Source of the DNA: a virus
Length of the DNA stretch: 64,000 bases
Reading direction: 5' to 3' (one strand)
IMG/VR virus record: IMGVR_UViG_3300027798_006580
This document shows positions 57,431-64,000 of this stretch, piece after piece. The notes beneath the pieces are model-generated. The model worked only from the letters and a program-made list of their open reading frames with translations, did no database searches and had not been told where the DNA came from. How positions within the stretch are numbered: the first letter of the stretch is position 1; every line of letters begins with the position of its first letter. A program made the position numbers and the translations under genes.

Positions 57431-57883
57431 GTGGAAAACAATTTAAGCATTTGGTATAAGACTACTACAGAAAAAATCCTAGCTTGGAGAGAGTTAAGAC
57501 AAAATGCAATGGGCATGACTGTCGACGACCTAGTCCAAGCAGTTAACACATGGTGGACATTCTCACCATGGGTACGTAAAACAATAGACCCTTACAAGCC
57601 AGAAACATGGCCCAACCCATGGGATATGATCAATCGTGGTGAATTTTGTCGCAGTGCTATTGCATTGGGACAAGCATATACACTTTGGATAACTGCACCC
57701 AATAGCAATGTAGAACTATGGTTAGTGAATAATTTCAGCGAAAAAGATGTACATCTAGTAGCAGTTATTGATGAGAAGACTGTGCTAAATTACACTCTGG
57801 GTCATGTATTACCCATTGAGCAATGTGACTTTGAGACTTTAAACAAGATCGTCAAAAGCGACTTACCACACATTAAAATATAA
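57431..57883 (+). CDS. Hypothetical protein (possible transglutaminase-like Cys-His-Asn fold)
   Basis: GTG after TATAAATA; WP.PWD...FC...A...YTL...HLV......VLNY. Confidence 0.45.
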   Translation: MENNLSIWYKTTTEKILAWRELRQNAMGMTVDDLVQAVNTWWTFSPWVRKTIDPYKPETWPNPWDMINRGEFCRSAIALGQAYTLWITAPNSNVELWLVNNFSEKDVHLVAVIDEKTVLNYTLGHVLPIEQCDFETLNKIVKSDLPHIKI

Positions 57884-57951
57884 CAGAATTATTACAGTAC
57901 AGAGTTAAATAAAATATTAAAATTAAAATAGCAGATAAGGAAAAGAATAAA

Positions 57952-60285
57952 ATGACAACATCGGCGTGGGCCATCACTGTTATCAAGCGCAGTGGAGAAA
58001 AAGAAGAATTGATGATTGAAAAATGGCAGGCACAGATTACTAAAATATGTTCTGGAATTGCTGACGTCAGTCAAAGTATGGTTGAAATCAAAGCTCAACC
58101 ACAGTTTTATGATGGTATTACTACACAAGAAATTGATGAGATTACACTTCGTGCTATTGTTAACCTAATCGATGTAGAAGCTAATCCAGATGTAGGACAC
58201 ACTAATTATCAATATGTAGCAGGCAAGCAACGTTTATCAATGTTGCGAAAAGACGTATATGGTAGCTATACTGTACCTCCGCTGTACGAAATTATCAAAC
58301 GTAATGTAGCAACTGGTCTTTATACAAGTGAACTTCTTGAATGGTATAGTGAAGATGATTGGAACAAGATGAATGACATGCTTGACCATGACAAGGACGA
58401 ACAATACAGTTATGCTGCCATCGAACAACTAATTGAAAAATATTTAGTAAAGAACCGTAGCACTAAAGAAACATACGAAACTCCTCAGATTAGATATATG
58501 GTGGCCGCCGCAACTGTGTTCCATAGTGAAGAACCTAACTCGGCTCGTATGCGTTATATTAAGGAATACTACAATGCGGCATCAGATGGATTATTTACTT
58601 TGGCTACGCCGGTGCTTGCTGGTCTTGGCACTCCTACTAAGCAGTTTAGTAGCTGTGTGCTTATCCGTAGCGATGATGATTTGGATAGTATTTTTGCCAG
58701 TGGGGAAATGATGGCAAAGTATGCCAGCAAACGTGCTGGCATTGGTTTAGAAATTGGGCGACTACGTCCTTTAGGAAGTCCTATTAGGGGCGGCGAAATC
58801 ATGCACACAGGTATGATTCCATTTTTAAAGAAATGGTTTGGTGACCTGCGTTCATGTTCACAGGGAGGAATTCGCAATGCAAGTGCTACTATCTTTTATC
58901 CAATCTGGCATCACCAGTTTGACGACCTTATTGTACTCAAGAACAATCAAGGAACAGAGGAAACCCGAGTCCGTCATATGGATTATGGGGTTGTGCTTTC
59001 CGCTCTATTCTGGAGACGATTCAAAAACAAAGAACAAATAACGTTCTTTGATCCTAACGAAGTACCTGATTTATATCAAGCCTTTTATTCTAACACACAA
59101 CTATTTGAAGAGCTGTATGTCAAGTATGAAAACACCGCAGGGCTTCGTACAAAAACAATGTCGGCCGAAGAAGTATTCAAGGGCGGCATTTTAAAAGAAC
59201 GCACAGATACAGGACGTATCTATCTAGTGTTCATCGACAACGTGATGAATCAAGGACCATTTGATCCTGAGTATCACACCATTTACCAGAGTAACTTATG
59301 CTGTGAAATTCTTTTACCTACTAAATCCTTTAAACGTCTGGATGACAGCGATGGTCGTATCGCACTTTGCACTTTGGGCTCAATCAATTGGGGTGCGTTC
59401 CGTAACCCAGAAGACATGCGCCGTGCTTGCCGCATACTGCATCGTAGCCTCAATAACATTCTTGACTATCAAGACTTTCTTTCCATACAGTCTAAACTAT
59501 CCAACGACGAAATTAGACCACTGGGAATCGGTATCACCAACCTTGCCTACTGGCACGCCAAGCGAAGCCTCAAGTACGGAGAGCGAGACAGCCTGGCTGA
59601 AGTCAAGACGTGGATGGAACATCAAGCCTACTACTTAACTGAAGCCAGCGTCGAGTTAGCTAAAGAACGTGGCCGTTGCGAAGGCAGTGATCGTACACGC
59701 TATGGACAAGGCACATTCCCGTGGGAACTACGTGCCAATGGTGTCAACGAATTGACAAATTTTACTCCCGAATTAGATTGGGAAACTCTACGTTCCAATA
59801 TGAAAGAACACGGAGTTCGCAATGCCACACAAATGGCAGTTGCACCAGTTGAATCTAGTTCAGTTGTTATTAATTCAACAAATGGCATTGAAATGCCCAT
59901 GTCGTTAATTAGTACTAAAGAATCAAAAGCAGGATCCTTCACGCAAGTAGTACCTGAGTATCATAAACTTAAAAACAAATATCAATTAATGTGGGAACAA
60001 AAAGACTGCGATGGCTATTTAAAAACAGCCGCAGTTATTGCTGCCTATGTTGACCAAAGTATCAGTACTAATACGTTTTATAACCCTGCTCATTTTGCAG
60101 ATAGAAAAGTTCCAACAACGTTGATTGCCAAGAACTTGATGCAAAGTCACTACTGGGGATTGAAGACATTCTATTATAGCTTGATCAATAAAGCAGGCAG
60201 TAAAGCAGTTGCAGAAGATGCACCCACTATGTTGGAACCAATTAACTTTGATGACGAAGAAGACTGTGAAAGCTGTAAACTATAA
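57952..60285 (+). CDS. nrdA: Ribonucleotide reductase class Ia alpha subunit
   Basis: ATP cone (VIKRSG), LATP, QFSSCV, SNLCCEI, CTLG, APVESSS, KTFYY, C-terminal CESC. Confidence 0.97.
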   Translation: MTTSAWAITVIKRSGEKEELMIEKWQAQITKICSGIADVSQSMVEIKAQPQFYDGITTQEIDEITLRAIVNLIDVEANPDVGHTNYQYVAGKQRLSMLRKDVYGSYTVPPLYEIIKRNVATGLYTSELLEWYSEDDWNKMNDMLDHDKDEQYSYAAIEQLIEKYLVKNRSTKETYETPQIRYMVAAATVFHSEEPNSARMRYIKEYYNAASDGLFTLATPVLAGLGTPTKQFSSCVLIRSDDDLDSIFASGEMMAKYASKRAGIGLEIGRLRPLGSPIRGGEIMHTGMIPFLKKWFGDLRSCSQGGIRNASATIFYPIWHHQFDDLIVLKNNQGTEETRVRHMDYGVVLSALFWRRFKNKEQITFFDPNEVPDLYQAFYSNTQLFEELYVKYENTAGLRTKTMSAEEVFKGGILKERTDTGRIYLVFIDNVMNQGPFDPEYHTIYQSNLCCEILLPTKSFKRLDDSDGRIALCTLGSINWGAFRNPEDMRRACRILHRSLNNILDYQDFLSIQSKLSNDEIRPLGIGITNLAYWHAKRSLKYGERDSLAEVKTWMEHQAYYLTEASVELAKERGRCEGSDRTRYGQGTFPWELRANGVNELTNFTPELDWETLRSNMKEHGVRNATQMAVAPVESSSVVINSTNGIEMPMSLISTKESKAGSFTQVVPEYHKLKNKYQLMWEQKDCDGYLKTAAVIAAYVDQSISTNTFYNPAHFADRKVPTTLIAKNLMQSHYWGLKTFYYSLINKAGSKAVAEDAPTMLEPINFDDEEDCESCKL

Positions 60286-60935
60286 TGTTGGAAACAATTT
60301 GTGAAGTATTAGAAGACGCTTATAAACGTAATTGGATTACCAGCCGTGATGGTAATGTAAGTATTCGTCATCATGACCGTGACCATTTCTATATCACACC
60401 CAGTGGTGTGCGTAAACAAACACTACAGCCTGATCAGTTTAAAAAGATTGGCATTGAGAAAGGTTACTGGAATCAACCTCCTCGAATTTACTATGCAAGC
60501 AAGGAATTAGAGTACACTGATATTAGTGAAAAGTTAAAACCCAGTGGAGAACTTCCTTTGCACTTTGGCCTACAACGAGAAATGGGTCAACACAGCAACG
60601 ATGTGCGAGTAGTAGTACATGTTCATCCCACTTACTGTATTGCGGCCATGCATGCCGGCATAGATCTTAGTACTATCAGCGATGCGTTCCCAGAACTAAA
60701 TAGATATACCAGAGTAGCACCTAATGTAGGCGATGTACCTCCTATCAGTCAAGAGCTTGCGGATCAATGCCACAAGCAATTACAATTAGACGACAAGGGA
60801 AATATTGCCTACGACATTGTAGGTATTAAAGGGCACGGGGTAGTTGCTATTGATACCAGCCCATGGCGTGCCTACGAACATATAGAACGATTAGAACACA
60901 TTTGCAAGATAGTACTTGCATCAGGAAAATATTAG
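60285..60935 (+). CDS. Class II aldolase/adducin family protein
   Basis: DGNVSIR, ITPSG, KPSGELPLH, VVHVHP, GHGV. Confidence 0.85.
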   Translation: MLETICEVLEDAYKRNWITSRDGNVSIRHHDRDHFYITPSGVRKQTLQPDQFKKIGIEKGYWNQPPRIYYASKELEYTDISEKLKPSGELPLHFGLQREMGQHSNDVRVVVHVHPTYCIAAMHAGIDLSTISDAFPELNRYTRVAPNVGDVPPISQELADQCHKQLQLDDKGNIAYDIVGIKGHGVVAIDTSPWRAYEHIERLEHICKIVLASGKY

Positions 60936-60943
60936 GAGATAAC

Positions 60944-61789
60944 ATGAAAAAATTAATTACAATTTTATTAGTAAGCGTCTTGGCTTTTGCCAGTATGAGT
61001 GCGGAAGCCAAACGCATGGGCGGTGGAAAAAGTGTAGGACAACAAAGTTCCAACGTGAGCAAAAAACAAGCCGCGCCGCCAGCACAGTCAACACCGCCAA
61101 TGGCAGCACCTGCACCAAGAGCGCCATGGGGTGCTATGTTGGGGGGCTTGGCAGCAGGTCTTGGACTAGCATGGCTGGCCAGCAGTTTGGGCATGGGAGA
61201 GGCATTTGGTAATATCATGATGGCCTTGTTGATTGGTGCTGTGATATTGGCAGTAATAGGTTGGTTCATGCGTAAGCGTATGAACACAAGCAATGAAAAT
61301 AATCTTGCTTACCAAGGCAACAATGCTCCATCCTCAAATATGTTTAATCCTTACAACCAACCCACACGATTCTCTAGTGGTAGCATGATTGGATCAACAC
61401 TGGCTACAACCACATGGACAATTCCTGCAGGGTTCGATATAGTAGGATTTGAGTCAGCGGCCAAACAAAACTTTGTGCTGTTGCAAGGTGCCTGGGACCG
61501 TGCAGATGTTGCTACTCTTGGTGGTATGATGACAGACGATATGTTGACAGAAATACAACAACAATTAGCTTCACGTGAAGTTGGCCCACATAGAACAGCA
61601 GTTATATCATTGGAAGCAAGACTATTAGGCATAGAAGAAACTGATGTCAATTACATAGCCAGTGTGGAATTTACCGGCACAATACAAGACACTGTGGGAG
61701 CAGAAGCTGAAGCATTTGAAGAAGTATGGAATATGACCAAATCAAAATCTTCTGGCGGCTGGTTATTGGCTGGAATACAAACAAACTAA
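60944..61789 (+). CDS. Tim44-like domain membrane protein
   Basis: Signal peptide, AEAKRMGGGKS.G, GGLAAGLGLA, F..LQ.AWD, FEEVWN, WLLAGIQ; AGGAG RBS before ATG 60944. Confidence 0.85.
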   Translation: MKKLITILLVSVLAFASMSAEAKRMGGGKSVGQQSSNVSKKQAAPPAQSTPPMAAPAPRAPWGAMLGGLAAGLGLAWLASSLGMGEAFGNIMMALLIGAVILAVIGWFMRKRMNTSNENNLAYQGNNAPSSNMFNPYNQPTRFSSGSMIGSTLATTTWTIPAGFDIVGFESAAKQNFVLLQGAWDRADVATLGGMMTDDMLTEIQQQLASREVGPHRTAVISLEARLLGIEETDVNYIASVEFTGTIQDTVGAEAEAFEEVWNMTKSKSSGGWLLAGIQTN

Positions 61790-61802
61790 AATTATATAAT
61801 AA

Positions 61803-62399
61803 ATGACAGTAATGCCTCAACTTGGTGATGTAGACGTCTTTGATAGTATAGATTTAGATGATCTTTGGTGTGTGGACAAATTAATCTTATCAAAAAAATT
61901 AGGTTATACATGCGGCCTTGCAGGGATACCGCCAACAACTCCCGGTGAGTACATAGTGCGTCCCATTATAAATCTAAAATCCATGAGTGCTGGCGCTTCA
62001 ATACAGTATCTGGACTCTGATACTATTCCAAATGGTTATTTCTGGTGCGAGATATTTACTGGACGTCATTTAAGTTTTGATTACCACTGGGGCAAACAGA
62101 CATTAGCAGTGGAGGGATTTAGAGATGATCCTTCACGTTTAGATAGGTTTAGTCACTGGACGAAAATTGACGATATATTTATATTGCCTGAGATACTGCA
62201 AACTGTTGCGGATAGATACGAATGGTTTAATGTAGAAGTGATAGGCCATCGAGTTATTGAAGTACATTTTAGATACAATGATGACTTTTCCAATCACAAT
62301 GCCAATACTATTATACCGGTTTGGCGTGACGAATTTTACTCTAGTCCAGACGGAGATAGACTAGGATTTGTATTAAAAACAGTTGACACTAATGTTTAA
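61803..62399 (+). CDS. Hypothetical protein (possibly degenerate ATP-grasp)
   Basis: DKL, IVRP, WCEIFTG, NVE.IG...IEVHFR pattern. Confidence 0.4.
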   Translation: MTVMPQLGDVDVFDSIDLDDLWCVDKLILSKKLGYTCGLAGIPPTTPGEYIVRPIINLKSMSAGASIQYLDSDTIPNGYFWCEIFTGRHLSFDYHWGKQTLAVEGFRDDPSRLDRFSHWTKIDDIFILPEILQTVADRYEWFNVEVIGHRVIEVHFRYNDDFSNHNANTIIPVWRDEFYSSPDGDRLGFVLKTVDTNV

Positions 62400-62411
62400 A
62401 GACAGTATAAT
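62383..62411 (+). promoter_or_regulatory. sigma70-type promoter
   Basis: TTGACA-17-TATAAT. Confidence 0.75.
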
Positions 62412-62438
62412 TAATACTTTTAACATTTAAGGACTGTT

Positions 62439-62867
62439 ATGTTTAGTGTACTCAAATTCTTTTGGTTGGTGTCCCGCTCGTCTTGGAACATCATGAATCC
62501 CAATCTAAATCCTCTGCGCCATGCGCCTGTATATATCAAATACTTTCTCAGCATCTTGCTGGGATGTTTCTGGAGTCTGGCATTTGGCCTGTACATTGGT
62601 GAACTGCTGACAATTGGCTACAACATGATTGGACACATTGCCATCATCAGCATGGTGTTTGCTACCGCGGCTGTGTTTCGTTCAGTGGAAAACACCTACA
62701 AGCCACGCACAGGCGTCAACTGGTTGCGAGCCCCAGACTATAGTAGTCGTTGTGACGAATTGACTGAACAAGAACGTCTTGCTAAAGTACAAGAATGGAA
62801 TCGTCGCAATGTGTGGAATGATCCTAAACTGTCTGAAAAAGATAAAGACATCTATTACGGAGCATAA
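62439..62867 (+). CDS. Membrane protein (2 TM)
   Basis: IMNP..NPLRH.P then two hydrophobic helices; AAGGA RBS. Confidence 0.65.
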   Translation: MFSVLKFFWLVSRSSWNIMNPNLNPLRHAPVYIKYFLSILLGCFWSLAFGLYIGELLTIGYNMIGHIAIISMVFATAAVFRSVENTYKPRTGVNWLRAPDYSSRCDELTEQERLAKVQEWNRRNVWNDPKLSEKDKDIYYGA

Positions 62868-62869
62868 AT

Positions 62870-62980
62870 ATGACTATTAATGATATAATTGCCATAGTAT
62901 TAATGATAGCCGTAGTAGGAATAGTACTATGGGATATGCACAAGAATAGAGTAAGTAAAGAAGATGAACCAAGAGAATAA
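62870..62980 (+). CDS. Small single-TM protein (36 aa, not in track)
   Basis: MTINDIIAIVLMIAVVGIVLWDMHK...; GGAG RBS. Confidence 0.5.
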   Translation: MTINDIIAIVLMIAVVGIVLWDMHKNRVSKEDEPRE

Positions 62981-63095
62981 AGAACCGGAAATAGATCCTG
63001 TAGAAGATGTAGTCAAACACGCACCCGTTGTAATTCCCATCGTAGGAGCAGTATTAAGTTTCATGCTGGCATTTATTGCCATCACTATGACTTGA
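62964..63095 (+). CDS. Small single-TM protein (43 aa, not in track)
   Basis: MNQENKEPEIDPVEDVVKHAPVVIPIVGAVLSFMLAFIAITMT. Confidence 0.55.
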   Translation: MNQENKEPEIDPVEDVVKHAPVVIPIVGAVLSFMLAFIAITMT

Positions 63096-63096
63096 T

Positions 63097-63315
63097 ATGG
63101 CATTAATTAAATGGATTTGTTTTAGCATCATGTTCGCAGGTGCTATAGTGGTTAGTTTCAATCTGGATCCTATCCTAGGCATCGAATTATTGTTTGTAGG
63201 TAATGCCGCTTGGTTGGTCACTGCTGTACGCAGTAGGGACTGGCCCAGTGCCGCGAACTTTGCCATGCTGGCATCAGTATGGTTTCTGGGTATATTACAA
63301 TATTATAAAGGATAA
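63097..63315 (+). CDS. Small multi-TM protein
   Basis: 72 aa, three hydrophobic segments. Confidence 0.6.
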   Translation: MALIKWICFSIMFAGAIVVSFNLDPILGIELLFVGNAAWLVTAVRSRDWPSAANFAMLASVWFLGILQYYKG

Positions 63316-63318
63316 CAA

Positions 63319-64000
63319 ATGAGTAAAGAACAATATAACTTAACAACAAAAACAGACTACCTAAGTCGCAAGATGTTTCTAGACCCAGCAGGTCCGGTTA
63401 CTATTCAACGATTTGAAGAAGTTAAATATAAAAAGATTGCAGACTATGATGCAACTGCTCGTGGCTTTTTTTGGCAACCAGAAGAAGTAAGTCTTACAAA
63501 AGACAGCAACGATTTTAAAGAAGCTAGTGATGCTGTTAAACATATCTTTACCAGTAACTTGCTACGTCAAACAGCATTGGATAGCTTACAAGGACGCGGT
63601 CCAACACAGGTGTTCACTCCCGTTTGCAGTCTCCCTGAAGTTGAAGCACTGATGTACAACTGGGGATTCTTTGAAACTAACATTCACAGCAAGAGCTACA
63701 GCCATATCATTCGCAATATTTACAATGTGCCCAAAGATGTATTCAACACTATTCACGACACTAAAGAAATTGTTGATATGGCATCAAGTGTAGGCAAGTA
63801 TTATGACGAGTTGCACAGAATTAACTGCATGAAAGAAATAGACGGATCAGTTAATGAAGAAGCGCATATTAGAGCAATTTGGATGGCACTGAATGCCAGC
63901 TATGCACTAGAAGCATTTCGCTTCATGGTATCATTTGCTACAAGTTTGGCTATGGTAGAGAACAAGATCTTTATTGGCAACGGCAACATTATTAGTTTGA
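63319..64000 (+). CDS. nrdB: Ribonucleotide reductase class Ia beta subunit (runs off window)
   Basis: MFLD, IQRFEEVKY, FFWQPEEVSL.KD, QTALDSLQGR, ETNIHSKSY, LEAFRF..SFA. Confidence 0.95.
   Translation, partial: MSKEQYNLTTKTDYLSRKMFLDPAGPVTIQRFEEVKYKKIADYDATARGFFWQPEEVSLTKDSNDFKEASDAVKHIFTSNLLRQTALDSLQGRGPTQVFTPVCSLPEVEALMYNWGFFETNIHSKSYSHIIRNIYNVPKDVFNTIHDTKEIVDMASSVGKYYDELHRINCMKEIDGSVNEEAHIRAIWMALNASYALEAFRFMVSFATSLAMVENKIFIGNGNIISL

Noticed and set aside
30119-60285. Inteins or introns in terminase, helicases, UvsX or nrdA
   Set aside because: ORFs are continuous and of normal length, with no intein splice motifs evident.
1-64000. Alternative genetic code, tRNA genes or prophage integration
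   Set aside because: Core genes are intact in the standard code with TAA, TAG and TGA all used as stops; no cloverleaf, integrase or host boundary was seen by eye.

Overview
A 64-kb, gene-dense, AT-rich segment of a large lytic myovirus (T4-related jumbo-phage architecture, standard genetic code). Genes that look host-derived (Tim44-domain protein, small membrane proteins, class Ia RNR) suggest a betaproteobacterial host; this is inference. In order: Ser/Thr/Gly-rich tail-fibre genes and a glycosyltransferase (1-11 kb); neck and tail-completion genes (gp15/gp14/gp13-like) with accessory inserts, including a lipoprotein and a secreted polysaccharide lyase (11-18 kb); a variable slot holding three stacked gene cassettes with chimeric junctions (18.2-21.6 kb); nucleotide metabolism, tail sheath/tube, head-completion nuclease, terminase and putative head proteins (21.8-33 kb); replication/recombination genes (SSB, UvsX, UvsY, UvsW, primase, helicase, mini-DnaE) interspersed with peroxiredoxin, a subtilase autotransporter, a ParB/DGQHR-like + HNH operon and a fatty-acid desaturase (33-51 kb); small putative head/core proteins (51-57 kb); an exonuclease and nrdA...nrdB separated by seven accessory genes. 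Regulation uses sigma70-type TTGACA-17-TATAAT promoters, many apparently leaderless, and TAAATA late promoters, some inside RBS-occluding hairpins. Most notable: (i) the cassette stack, whose junctions fuse the start of the downstream core gene to the end of the upstream core gene using diverged alleles; (ii) two cassette proteins with a Sec or Tat signal peptide hidden behind a putative capsid-targeting propeptide. No tRNA, rRNA, CRISPR array, integrase or reverse transcriptase was seen. All protein assignments are by eye from motifs; no database search was run.
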